DNA from: Thermodesulfobacterium commune DSM 2178
GTDB taxonomy: Bacteria > Desulfobacterota > Thermodesulfobacteria > Thermodesulfobacteriales > Thermodesulfobacteriaceae
Assembly: GCF_000734015.1 (NCBI RefSeq)
Contig: NZ_CP008796.1
Span: 1,380,001-1,412,000 of the forward strand
Reading direction: 5' to 3'
DNA: 32,000 nucleotides
How positions within the stretch are numbered: the stretch's first letter is position 1; every line of letters begins with the position of its first letter. Below the pieces are notes generated by a model that was given only the letters and a program-made list of their open reading frames with translations, was not told the DNA's origin and made no database searches. The position numbers were made by a program, and so were the translations under genes. Of the stretch, positions 1 through 8,492 are shown one piece after another.

Positions 1-809
1 ACTCTGATGTGATGTCCATGAGAGATGCTGGCTGGATCCATTTCTTTGCTGAAAACGGTCAAGAAGCCGTTGACCTCATCTACCATGCCTATAAAGTCGC
101 CGAAAAAGCCCTGCTTCCTGTTGCCGTAAACATCGATGGATTCATCCTCTCCCATGTGGTCGAACCTGTCACCTTCTTAGACCAAAACTTACTCGATAAA
201 TACCTACCACCCCTTAAAATGAAATACAAACTTGACCCCAAAAACCCTATAACCATAGGTGCTATCGGTGTCCCTGAAATCTATACTGAAGCTAAAAAAG
301 CTCAGGATGAGGCCCTTAAAGCCAGCTATAAAATAATCCTTCAAGCCTGGAAAGATTTCGAAAAACTTACCGGAAGAAGGTATCTCCCTGTTGAAACCTA
401 TCAGATGGAAGATGCTGAGGTAGCTATCGTCATCATGGGTAGCCTTGCTGAAAACGCCATGAATGCCGTTGATATCCTCAGGGCTAAAGGTAAAAAAGTA
501 GGAGTGGTAAGAATCAGACTCTGGAGACCCTTCCCTACCAAAGACTTCCTCAAAGCCATCGGTAAAGTCAAAGCCCTTTGCGTGGTTGACAGGGCTGTCA
601 GTCATGCCTCAACCGGTGGACCCGTAGGCATAGAAGTACGCTCTGCCCTATATCAGTCCAACAAAAGACCTCGTGTCCTTAACCTGATTGCCGGTCTTAG
701 CGGTAGAGATGTTACCAAAGAAGACTTTGTTGAAATCTTCGAAAAAACCTTTGAAACCTTAAGTAAAAAACCAACCACACCATATGAAATCTACGGTGTA
801 AAGGAGTAA
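1..809 (+). CDS. porA: 2-oxoacid:ferredoxin oxidoreductase alpha subunit (pyruvate/2-ketoisovalerate type), C-terminal ~268 aa; the 5' end lies outside the window
   Basis: The frame is open back to base 3 (..SDVMSMRDAGW..), so the M at 9 in the ORF track is internal. RDAGWIHFFAENGQEAVD and the C-terminal domain resemble PorA/VorA. The TPP-binding beta subunit starts 4 nt downstream. Confidence 0.85.
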   Translation, partial: SDVMSMRDAGWIHFFAENGQEAVDLIYHAYKVAEKALLPVAVNIDGFILSHVVEPVTFLDQNLLDKYLPPLKMKYKLDPKNPITIGAIGVPEIYTEAKKAQDEALKASYKIILQAWKDFEKLTGRRYLPVETYQMEDAEVAIVIMGSLAENAMNAVDILRAKGKKVGVVRIRLWRPFPTKDFLKAIGKVKALCVVDRAVSHASTGGPVGIEVRSALYQSNKRPRVLNLIAGLSGRDVTKEDFVEIFEKTFETLSKKPTTPYEIYGVKE

Positions 810-813
810 GCCT

Positions 814-1785
814 ATGAGACCAGAACTCAAAAACTTTAAAGGTTTTACCTTAAAAAACTTACCTGAATATGAAGGCTTTGCTCAGGGCCATAGAGCCTGC
901 CAGGGTTGTGGCACCGTGCTTCCTCTAAGGCTCGCCCTAAAGGCTCTTGGTCCCAATACCATCGCTGTCACTGCAACAGGTTGCATGGAAATCGTCTCAA
1001 GCCCCTTCCCCTATACCTCCTGGAATGTACCCTGGATCCATGTTGCCTTCGAAAACTCCGCCACCGTTGCCTCAGGTATCGAGGCTGCCATCAAAGCTCT
1101 TAAACGTAAAGGCAAACTTAAATCCAAAGAAAAAATAAATGTGGTCGTGTTTGCAGGAGATGGAGCTACCTTTGACATAGGGCTTCAGTGGCTCTCAGGT
1201 GCCCTTGAAAGAGGTCATGACTTTATCTACATCTGCCTTGATAACGAGGCCTACATGAATACAGGGGTGCAAAGGTCTGGAGCTACCCCCTTCGGGGCAC
1301 ACACCACCACAAGCCCTGCAGGTAAAGTCGTCAAAGGTCAAACCACCTGGAAAAAAAACCTGATGGGTATCGTGGTAGCTCACAACATACCCTATGCCGC
1401 AACCGCAAACCCTGCCTTCCCTATCGACCTCATGAATAAAGTCAAAAAAGCAGCCTTAATAAACGGACCTGCTTTTATCCATGTCTATGCAACCTGCCCC
1501 ACCGGATGGGGGACCAAAAGCGAAGACAGCCTTCTTGTAGCTAAACTTGCCGTAGAAACAAGGGTCTTTCCTCTCTATGAAGTCATAGACGGAAAATACA
1601 TCATCAACCGTAAAGTCGATAAACCTAAACCTGTAGAAGAATATCTCAAGCTCCAAAGAAGATTCAGACACCTTACCCCTGAACAAATAGCCTACATCCA
1701 GGAGAGAGTAAACCAGGAATACGAAAAACTTCTTAAACTAGCTGAATGCTTCGGTGAACCCCAAACAGAACAAAAAGATGAGTAA
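814..1785 (+). CDS. porB: 2-oxoacid:ferredoxin oxidoreductase beta subunit (TPP- and Fe-S-binding)
   Basis: An AAGGAG SD lies at 800-805. The N-terminal GHRACQGCG Cys motif and the TPP motif GDGATFDIG...LDNEAYMNTG are present. The size (323 aa) fits PorB/VorB. Substrate specificity cannot be read from the sequence. Confidence 0.88.
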   Translation: MRPELKNFKGFTLKNLPEYEGFAQGHRACQGCGTVLPLRLALKALGPNTIAVTATGCMEIVSSPFPYTSWNVPWIHVAFENSATVASGIEAAIKALKRKGKLKSKEKINVVVFAGDGATFDIGLQWLSGALERGHDFIYICLDNEAYMNTGVQRSGATPFGAHTTTSPAGKVVKGQTTWKKNLMGIVVAHNIPYAATANPAFPIDLMNKVKKAALINGPAFIHVYATCPTGWGTKSEDSLLVAKLAVETRVFPLYEVIDGKYIINRKVDKPKPVEEYLKLQRRFRHLTPEQIAYIQERVNQEYEKLLKLAECFGEPQTEQKDE

Positions 1786-1788
1786 GGT

Positions 1789-2148
1789 ATGAGAATTAAC
1801 CTTTTAGACAAAGCAAAAAAACTTAAAAACTTAGGAGCTCGCTATATTACAACGGTTGCCTATCTAAACCCTGATACCGGTGACAAAGTAGTAGTAACAC
1901 ATCTTTTTGATTTAAACGGTAAACTTGAAGAACTAACCTATGAAGCAGAATTTTCGGAAACTTTAGAGAGTATAAAAGAAGTATATCCTGCGGTTGAATG
2001 GTCAGAACGAGAGATAATGGAACTTTATGGAATAGAATTTAGTGGTTACCCCGAAGAAGAAAAAAATCTTCTTTTATCTTCGGGGGGCCATCCCTTTCCT
2101 CTTTTAGAGGTAGAAAAACAAAAAGTCTCAAGAAAAAGACATGAATAG
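1789..2148 (+). CDS. Group-4 [NiFe]-hydrogenase small accessory subunit, NuoC/EchD/CooU-like (30 kDa-subunit fold, short form)
   Basis: EWSEREIMELYGIEFSGYPEEE matches the NuoC-family signature (E-x-E-x2-D/E-x2-G-I-x-F-x-G-H/Y-P). The ATG is 3 nt after the porB stop. The gene overlaps the large-subunit gene by 8 nt. Confidence 0.7.
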   Translation: MRINLLDKAKKLKNLGARYITTVAYLNPDTGDKVVVTHLFDLNGKLEELTYEAEFSETLESIKEVYPAVEWSEREIMELYGIEFSGYPEEEKNLLLSSGGHPFPLLEVEKQKVSRKRHE

Positions 2149-3238
2149 ATCCCAAAAGTTTGTCTTACCTATAGGACCTATTCATATAGCTTTAGAAGAA
2201 CCTATTCAGCTAAAGTTAGAAACTGAGGGTAATATAGTAAAAAACGTACAGCTTAAGATAGGATATGTCCATCGAGCTATAGAATTTCTTTTGGCTAATA
2301 AAGATTTTTATCAAGGAATTATTGTGGTTGAAAGGGTCTGTGGAATTTGCTCTCATTCCCATCCTACCTGTTTTGTTCAGGCTCTTGAGCAGATAGCAGG
2401 GATTGAAGTTCCATTAAGAGCAAGATATTTAAGAACTCTGATAGGTGAACTGGAAAGAATTCACTCCCATCTTCTAAACACTGCCATTGCTTGCGAAATT
2501 TTAGGATTTAAAACCTTGTTTGTAAGGTGTATGAATGCAAGAGAAAACATTAAAGACCTGATGGAAGGTATCACTGGACATAGAGGTAATTATGCCTTTA
2601 ATACCATAGGAGGGGTTAGAAAAGATTTACTTGAAGATGAAATCCATGAGGTGAAAAAATCTATAGACAGTCTTGAACCTGAGATTTTTCAACTAATAGA
2701 AACTGTTCTTAGCAATTCGACCTTAATTAGCAGGACTAAAGAAATTGGCGTTTTAACCTATCAAGATGCGATAGACCTTTCGGTAGTAGGTCCTGTAGCA
2801 AGGGCCTCAGGTGTAGACCTCGACCTAAGAAAAGATGTTGCCATGCCAGGTGCAGCTTACGAGTTCCTTGAATTTGAAAAAGTAATAGAGAAAGACGGAG
2901 ATGTGCTGAGTCGGGTTAAGGTAAGACTTCTTGAGATGATAGAAAGTTTTAAAATAATAAAACAAATCTTAAAAGACCTTCCTAAGGGACCGATTTTAAC
3001 CAAAAAGTTTGTACCTATTCCCAAAGGTATCGGGATAAGTAGATGGGAAGCTCCAAGAGGAGGCCTTATTTATTATTGTATAACTGATGGGACAGACATT
3101 CCCTATAGAGTAAAAATAAGGGCCCCAAGCTTTGTAAACATCTATGCTCTTAATCGAATCCTGATAAACCAAGATGTAGCTGATGTAACTATTATTTCTG
3201 GAAGTATAGATCCCTGTTTTTCTTGTATGCAAAGATAG
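2141..3238 (+). CDS. Group-4 membrane-bound [NiFe]-hydrogenase large (catalytic) subunit, EchE/CooH/HycE/NuoD-like
   Basis: Both Ni-Fe ligand motifs are intact: N-terminal RVCGICSHSH (RxCGxCxxxH) and C-terminal DPCFSCMQR (DPCxxCxxR). Both Cys in the C-terminal motif are encoded by TGT. At 365 aa it is the size of EchE/CooH. Confidence 0.92.
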   Translation: MNRSQKFVLPIGPIHIALEEPIQLKLETEGNIVKNVQLKIGYVHRAIEFLLANKDFYQGIIVVERVCGICSHSHPTCFVQALEQIAGIEVPLRARYLRTLIGELERIHSHLLNTAIACEILGFKTLFVRCMNARENIKDLMEGITGHRGNYAFNTIGGVRKDLLEDEIHEVKKSIDSLEPEIFQLIETVLSNSTLISRTKEIGVLTYQDAIDLSVVGPVARASGVDLDLRKDVAMPGAAYEFLEFEKVIEKDGDVLSRVKVRLLEMIESFKIIKQILKDLPKGPILTKKFVPIPKGIGISRWEAPRGGLIYYCITDGTDIPYRVKIRAPSFVNIYALNRILINQDVADVTIISGSIDPCFSCMQR

Positions 3239-3249
3239 AGGTGAAACAA

Positions 3250-3648
3250 GTGAGATTAAAAATAGACCCCAGTTTATGCAAAGGGTGCACTGCTTGTGAA
3301 AAAATATGTATGAAAGTACACAATTCTACTATGCCAAGGATTTTTGTGATAAAAAAAGGAGAAAAAGTAAAAATTTCTGCCTGCAATCAGTGTGGTCTTT
3401 GTGCTAAGATATGTTCTGTTGGAGCAATAACCAAAGAAGGAGAGGCTTTTATCATTAATCCGTCTTTATGTGTGGGATGTAAGCTTTGTTATTATATTTG
3501 TCCTTCTGGAGCCATAGAAATGGTCCCATCTTTTAACAAGTATAACCCGATCATCGCCCAGAAGTGTGACCTATGTAAAGATAAAGGGTTTAGTCCTTCT
3601 TGTGCCAAAGTTTGTAGAACCAAAGCCATTACTGTAGAGGAGAAGTGA
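3250..3648 (+). CDS. Polyferredoxin with four [4Fe-4S]-type Cys motifs (16 Cys), HycB/CooF-like electron-transfer subunit
   Basis: The motifs are CKGCTACEKIC, CNQCGLCAKIC, CVGCKLCYYICP and CDLC-x7-CAKVC. I prefer the GTG at 3250, which follows GAGGTGA (3238-3244). The ORF track's ATG at 3223 would overlap the large subunit by 16 nt, so the start is uncertain. Confidence 0.8.
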   Translation: MRLKIDPSLCKGCTACEKICMKVHNSTMPRIFVIKKGEKVKISACNQCGLCAKICSVGAITKEGEAFIINPSLCVGCKLCYYICPSGAIEMVPSFNKYNPIIAQKCDLCKDKGFSPSCAKVCRTKAITVEEK

Positions 3649-3650
3649 AA

Positions 3651-5414
3651 ATGTTTCTTGGTTTTAGTGTTGGAGTGCTGTTTTTAGGGGCTCTAATTTC
3701 TGCTTTGTTTTACAGGATAAATAGTCCAAAGTTTCATGGCAGTTTAGCCTTTCTTACCTCTGCTGTAGCCTTATACTTTTTAAACCTGACTTTTTTTGAA
3801 TTTATTAAAACTGGAGAATTTAGTTGGCATCTCCCCCTTTTTAGGTGGATAAGAGACTTCATTAACCTTGAACTGATTTTTAAAGCAAATGGGTTAAATC
3901 TATTTTTTGCTCTTTTTGGAGCATATGTTAGTGTAGGGATTAATCTTTATGCTATAAAATACATGACCCATGAAGAAGAAGGTTTTGGCAGATTTTATGC
4001 TTTTATTCAGTTATTTATAGGCTCCTATCTAGGGTTAACCCTTAGTGAAAATCTCTTTTGGTCTTATGTGTTTTTTGAACTTACAGGGTTATGTTCTTAT
4101 CAACTGATAGCCTTTTGGTATCAGTCTGACCTTTCGAGTTTTTCTGCTAAAAAGGCTTTCTTGATGACTCACATCGCTGGTTATGGGTTTCTGTTAGGAG
4201 CTCTTGTGTTTACCCTATCTCCTGACCCTAAGGTTTATCAAGATTTAATTTTGGCTGGGGTTTTGATAGCTGTGTTAGCCAAATCGGTTCAATGGCCTCT
4301 TTACACCTGGATACCATATGCGATGAACGCTCCTACTCCGGTAAGCGCCCTGCTTCATGCAGCCTGTTTGGTAAAATGCGGGGTGTATCTCTTGTTTAAG
4401 TTTTATCTTTTACTTGGTGGCTTTCCTGAATTCTGGAAAAACCTTCTGATTTATTTAGGGATGTTCTCTTCTCTTATGGGAGTTCTATTTGCCTTAAAAC
4501 AGGCTGACGTTAAAAAACTCTTAGCCTATCACACAGTTAGCCAGATAGGATATATGGTCTCAGGAATAGGGCTTGGAACCTCTCTTGGGTTAGCTTCTTC
4601 TCTCTTTCACACCTTAAATCATGCCCTTTTTAAAGGTCTCCTTTTTTTGGTTGCTGGAATCCTCCAGCAGGCAACCCATACCCGAGACCTTTCTCTGATG
4701 GGAGGGCTTGCCTCTAAACTACCAAAAACCACGGTTCTTTACCTGATAGGTGCAGCCTCTATCTCAGGAATACCAGGTTTTAACGGCTTTGTAAGTAAAT
4801 GGATGTTTTATCAGGCTGCGATAGAGGCTAACCATCCATTAGCTGCAGCTTTAGGACTTTTCATAAGTACTCTCACCACCCTTTCGTTTATCAAAGTGCT
4901 TGATACCGCATTTTTAGGTAAACTTGACGAAAAAAACAAACAGCTTTCTGAAAAACCTTTTTACCTTATGATTACAGGAGGAATCATCCTAGCTATTCCG
5001 TGTGTAGTGTTTGGTCTTTTCCCTCAAATAGCTATCACTTTTCTTATAAATCCAGCCTTATCTCTTTTAAACCTCCGAGAGGTTAACATCAGCTTTTATC
5101 AACTCCCTACCGTTTTAATAGGAGCTTTGTTTATTTTGTTCTTAGGCTTAGGGATTTTAATTTATTTTACCTGGCTTAAACCTAAGGAAATTATTAAAGA
5201 AACCGAGGTTTTTAAAGGAGGAGAGGACGAACCTGTTTTTAATCCTACTGCAGATGATTTTGTGGCTGACATAGAAAACCGTTTAGCAACCTTTTATAAA
5301 AAAGCCGATCCAGACCAATACCTCCTAAAAACTTGCAGTTTTATTGAAAAATTAATCATGAAAGTCTATACTACCGTCAAAAAGTTAGAACAGATATGGA
5401 GTAAACCATGTTGA
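3651..5414 (+). CDS. Antiporter-like membrane subunit, NuoL/MrpA/HyfB/EchA family
   Basis: The protein is polytopic. Family motifs LLAYHTVSQIGYM and HALFKGLLFLVAG are present. I prefer the ATG at 3651, preceded by GAGGAG at 3636-3641, over the GTG at 3645. Confidence 0.85.
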   Translation: MFLGFSVGVLFLGALISALFYRINSPKFHGSLAFLTSAVALYFLNLTFFEFIKTGEFSWHLPLFRWIRDFINLELIFKANGLNLFFALFGAYVSVGINLYAIKYMTHEEEGFGRFYAFIQLFIGSYLGLTLSENLFWSYVFFELTGLCSYQLIAFWYQSDLSSFSAKKAFLMTHIAGYGFLLGALVFTLSPDPKVYQDLILAGVLIAVLAKSVQWPLYTWIPYAMNAPTPVSALLHAACLVKCGVYLLFKFYLLLGGFPEFWKNLLIYLGMFSSLMGVLFALKQADVKKLLAYHTVSQIGYMVSGIGLGTSLGLASSLFHTLNHALFKGLLFLVAGILQQATHTRDLSLMGGLASKLPKTTVLYLIGAASISGIPGFNGFVSKWMFYQAAIEANHPLAAALGLFISTLTTLSFIKVLDTAFLGKLDEKNKQLSEKPFYLMITGGIILAIPCVVFGLFPQIAITFLINPALSLLNLREVNISFYQLPTVLIGALFILFLGLGILIYFTWLKPKEIIKETEVFKGGEDEPVFNPTADDFVADIENRLATFYKKADPDQYLLKTCSFIEKLIMKVYTTVKKLEQIWSKPC

Positions 5415-6511
5415 AGGCTTTAGCCCCCTTCTTAACCATAATCTATATGGCTATAACCTTGTTATGTGGGGTGTTTTACCTTAGAGATTTTAACAAAAAA
5501 TTGACGGTCTTACTCTGTCTTGTGGTTTTAACCTTTTCTAACCTCTTTTTACTCTGGGGAGAGACTTCTTATGGTCTATTTTTTGATGGGATTAGCGTAA
5601 TAGCTTTGCTAACGCTATTTTGGGTTCTTGGTTATAAAGAAGCTTTTAAAATCTTAGGGGTTGTAGAAACCTCTTATTTGTTTCTACTTATCTTAGGAAA
5701 GACTGTTTTTGCTCTTACCCCTGAAGGCATTGTTTTGTTGGTTATAGCTTTCTTTCTAAAACTTGCTGTTTTTCCACTTTTTCTCTGGCTACCGATAGTG
5801 GTAAAAAGTATAGATGCTATCACCGCTGGGTTTTTTATATGTATTTTTGAGATCGTAGATTTTGTGTTGTTATGGAGGACAGTGGAAAAGGCTTCTTGGT
5901 TCCCTCAATTTTTTGAAAGCTTAAGAGAATTTTCTCTATACATAGGAATTATAACTTTACTTTTGGGAGCTGGGCTTGCTCTTTGTGAAAAAAATTTAAA
6001 AAAACTTTTGGCCTACGCAACGATCGACGACACAGGGTATCTCTTGATAGGACTAAGCCTTTTTTCTCCGGTAAGCCTTTATGGAACTACCATTCTGTGG
6101 ATTAACCACCTAATAGCAAAATTAGGTCTGTTTTTCATAGCCTATAGGATAGAAAAGAATACTTCTGTAATATCCTTAGGAAAGGTAAAAGGACTTGCCA
6201 AAGACTATCCTGGTTTAGCCTTTTCTTTCTTGGTATTTGCCTTAACTTTGATAGGTGTACCTATTTTCCCCGGATTTTGGGGGAAACTCTTCCTTTATCA
6301 AGAGGTTTTTAAACTCTCTAAAGCTCTTTTTGGGCTTATGGTATTAGGAGGTTGTCTTACCTTAGTGTATTTTATAAGGGCTTACCATAGCCTGTTTTTA
6401 GGAGAAAAAGAGCCAGAAACCGTTCAACCTTTTTTACCTAAACTGGATTTGGTTTTAGTAATGCTTTTAAGTTTTACGATAGTTTTAGGTTGTTTAATAA
6501 TAGGTTTTTAA
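5408..6511 (+). CDS. Second, short antiporter-like membrane subunit (NuoN/NuoM/MrpD-like, 367 aa)
   Basis: The protein is polytopic. KKLLAYATIDDTGYLLIG corresponds to the LLAYSSI-x-H/Q-x-G motif of the Mrp/Nuo antiporter family. It is about 100 aa shorter than typical members. It overlaps the upstream gene by 7 nt. Confidence 0.7.
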   Translation: MLKALAPFLTIIYMAITLLCGVFYLRDFNKKLTVLLCLVVLTFSNLFLLWGETSYGLFFDGISVIALLTLFWVLGYKEAFKILGVVETSYLFLLILGKTVFALTPEGIVLLVIAFFLKLAVFPLFLWLPIVVKSIDAITAGFFICIFEIVDFVLLWRTVEKASWFPQFFESLREFSLYIGIITLLLGAGLALCEKNLKKLLAYATIDDTGYLLIGLSLFSPVSLYGTTILWINHLIAKLGLFFIAYRIEKNTSVISLGKVKGLAKDYPGLAFSFLVFALTLIGVPIFPGFWGKLFLYQEVFKLSKALFGLMVLGGCLTLVYFIRAYHSLFLGEKEPETVQPFLPKLDLVLVMLLSFTIVLGCLIIGF

Positions 6512-6525
6512 AAGGTGGTAAGGAT

Positions 6526-6984
6526 ATGTTTTTAGATGCTATAAAACAATTTCTAAAATACTCTCAAAAAAAATCTCTTTGGGTATTTCATGTAAACACT
6601 GGATCTTGTAACGGATGTGATATCGAAATTTTGGCCCTATTTTCTTCCAAATACGACGCCGAACGTTTTGGCATCAAACTGGTTGGAAGCCCTAAGCATG
6701 CAGACATTTTGTTAGTTACCGGACCTGTAACCACTAAATCCAGAGACCCTTTGTTAAGGGCTTATGACATGATGCCTAAACCTAAAGCTGTAGTTAGTGT
6801 AGGGGTGTGTTCTTTAAGTGGAGGGGTTTTTGCCAAAAGTTACAATGTCTTAGGGCCTGTAGATAACTTTATTCCAGTGCATGTTTATGTAGGAGGCTGT
6901 TCAGCCCATCCTAACATGATTTTAGAAGGCATTTTAAGAGCGGCACAAATCTTGTGCGAAGAGGAAGAACTATGGAGTTTCTAA
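6526..6984 (+). CDS. Group-4 [NiFe]-hydrogenase small subunit, NuoB/EchC/HycG/CooL-like (proximal [4Fe-4S])
   Basis: The four-Cys pattern is present as CNGCDIE, GVCSLSGG and GGCSAHP. The ATG at 6526 follows AAGGTGGTAAGGA. The extension to 6490 in the ORF track would overlap the upstream gene and adds no conserved sequence. Confidence 0.9.
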   Translation: MFLDAIKQFLKYSQKKSLWVFHVNTGSCNGCDIEILALFSSKYDAERFGIKLVGSPKHADILLVTGPVTTKSRDPLLRAYDMMPKPKAVVSVGVCSLSGGVFAKSYNVLGPVDNFIPVHVYVGGCSAHPNMILEGILRAAQILCEEEELWSF

Positions 6985-7901
6985 AAGACCTGTTTTTATA
7001 TCCTGGATTTTTATTTGGGTTTGTGTTAGGGGGGCTTTTAGAAGGGTTTAAAAGAAAACTTAAAGCCAGGATGCAGTTAAGAAAAGGTCCTCCTGTAACC
7101 CAACCTTTTTATGACCTGAGCAAATTGTTACTAAAAAATATAACCAAACCTTATACCATATCTTCGTTTACCTACCTTTTAATACCTTTTGTGCCTACCG
7201 TAGGGCTTTTGGTAGGATTACTTATCATGCCTTATCCTTTTTACCAAGAAAAAAGCTCCTTTTCTTTTGACCTTATCCTTATTTTTTACCTTACAGAACT
7301 ACCGCTTCTTTCCCAGATTATCTTTGGCTATTTCAGTAATTCTCCTTATGGAATGGTAGGTGCAGCAAGAGCAGGACAGATGTTTTTTTATTACAACGGA
7401 GTTTTCATCATGGTTATCACCACGCTATGTCTGCTTGAAGGACCTCCCTATTCTTTTTGCTTAAAAAGTATAGCTGAAGCCTGGGATCCTTTAGATGTCT
7501 TGATAAAAATTTTAACCATACCCTTTTTTGTATTTTCTGTTTTAGCTAAACTAAAACTAAATCCCTTTTCCATACCTGATGCCGAGGCTGAAATCTTAGA
7601 AGGACCTTTAACTGAGGCTTCTGGCGTTGCTTTAGCTCTTTTCAAGCTTAACTACTTACTTGAACTGGCAATCTTTGGTTCTCTCTTTGCCTTTTTTTAT
7701 CTGCCTGTGTTAAAAACCTCTCCTCCAGTAGGATTGATTTTAATTTTTTTTGGGGCTTTTTTTCTCTTCTTTATCTTTGCTTTAGTTGAAAACATAACTG
7801 CCAGACTAAGACTTTCGCAATTTTCATCTCTTTACCTAAAGTTTTTTATACCATTGGCTACGCTGATTTTAGTAATAACCTGGGTTTTTAAAAACTGGTA
7901 A
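6972..7901 (+). CDS. Membrane subunit, NuoH/HycD/EchB/CooK-like
   Basis: The N-terminal FKRKLKARMQLRKGPPVTQPFYDLSKLL matches the NuoH/HycD signature (RK-x2-A-x-x-Q-x-R-x-GP...QP-x-x-D). About 8 hydrophobic segments are present. The ATG at 6972 follows GAGGAAG. Confidence 0.82.
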   Translation: MEFLKDLFLYPGFLFGFVLGGLLEGFKRKLKARMQLRKGPPVTQPFYDLSKLLLKNITKPYTISSFTYLLIPFVPTVGLLVGLLIMPYPFYQEKSSFSFDLILIFYLTELPLLSQIIFGYFSNSPYGMVGAARAGQMFFYYNGVFIMVITTLCLLEGPPYSFCLKSIAEAWDPLDVLIKILTIPFFVFSVLAKLKLNPFSIPDAEAEILEGPLTEASGVALALFKLNYLLELAIFGSLFAFFYLPVLKTSPPVGLILIFFGAFFLFFIFALVENITARLRLSQFSSLYLKFFIPLATLILVITWVFKNW

Positions 7902-7916
7902 GGAAGGGGACTACCT

Positions 7917-8393
7917 ATGCTAAAGTTAGCAGGGTGGCTTTTAACCAACTTGTTTAAAAAACCTTTAACCATTGAATTTAAAGGGAAAAGCCTTAAAGCA
8001 GTAAGAGGTACTTATCGTGGTTATCCTACCCATAGAGGAGAAAGATGTGCAGCCTGCAGGCTTTGTATCTATGTATGTCCCTCTGATGCCATAAGGATAG
8101 AAGGAAGCCTTTTTATCCTCAACAAATGTAAGTGCACTGCTTGTAAAGACTGTGCTGATGCCTGTCCTTTTGGTGCCATGCAGTTTATCCCTCGACTTAT
8201 AGGTACAGCTATCTCTAAAAACGAGTACATGGAAATCACTGAGATAAAACTGGTAAAATGTGAAAACTGCGGCGAACCAATGCCTAAACCGGAACTTTTG
8301 TTAGGAAGACTATTAGGAAAACCTTCTAAAACCATACCTCCCTACCTTAGGCTTTGCCCTAAATGTAGAAGGCAATTCTTTAAACATACCTAA
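7917..8393 (+). CDS. 2x[4Fe-4S] ferredoxin subunit, NuoI/HycF/EchF/CooX-like, with an extra C-terminal CxxC-x28-CxxC tail
   Basis: It has CAACRLCIYVCP and CTACKDCADACP, plus C-terminal CENC...CPKC (nt 8259-8366). The SD is GGAAGGGGA at 7902-7910. Confidence 0.85.
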   Translation: MLKLAGWLLTNLFKKPLTIEFKGKSLKAVRGTYRGYPTHRGERCAACRLCIYVCPSDAIRIEGSLFILNKCKCTACKDCADACPFGAMQFIPRLIGTAISKNEYMEITEIKLVKCENCGEPMPKPELLLGRLLGKPSKTIPPYLRLCPKCRRQFFKHT

Positions 8394-8401
8394 ACTATTG
8401 C

Positions 8402-8441
8402 TTGGCAAGTTTTTATGTTTGCTTTATTATGTATTTATAAT
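8402..8441 (+). promoter_or_regulatory. Candidate sigma70-type promoter for the dsrMK-like pair
   Basis: TTGGCA (8402-8407), a 17 nt spacer, then TATTAT (8425-8430). A second TATAAT at 8436-8441 has no good -35. The element sits in the 99-nt AT-rich gap after the last hydrogenase gene. Confidence 0.4.
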
Positions 8442-8492
8442 TTACCTTGGTAGTATTTATAGAAAAGAAAATTCTATACTAAGGAGGGATAT

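Noticed and set aside
204-605. 133-aa antisense ORF in porA, and the many other 60-100 aa ORFs in the track (e.g. 906-1103, 947-1138, 1195-1383, 1456-1686, 2996-3232, 3192-3386, 7448-7645, 8069-8335, 8771-8959, 9222-9524, 10392-10592, 11695-11982, 14652-15020, 15112-15303, 16143-16446, 18491-20398, 21828-22016, 22997-23660, 30141-30347)
   Set aside because: All are nested in or antisense to CDSs with strong family signatures. None has a convincing SD or a recognisable motif.
2141-3238. Selenocysteine-containing ([NiFeSe]-type) large subunit, or recoding events in the redox genes
   Set aside because: The C-terminal motif is encoded as GAT CCC TGT TTT TCT TGT, so both Cys are TGT with no in-frame TGA. 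All redox genes in the window are single uninterrupted ORFs.
8402-8422. Possible sigma-54 promoter (TTGGCA...TTTGCT) upstream of the dsrM-like gene
   Set aside because: The GG and GC dinucleotides are 17 nt apart instead of the required 12. The same TTGGCA fits better as a sigma70 -35 with TATTAT 17 nt downstream.
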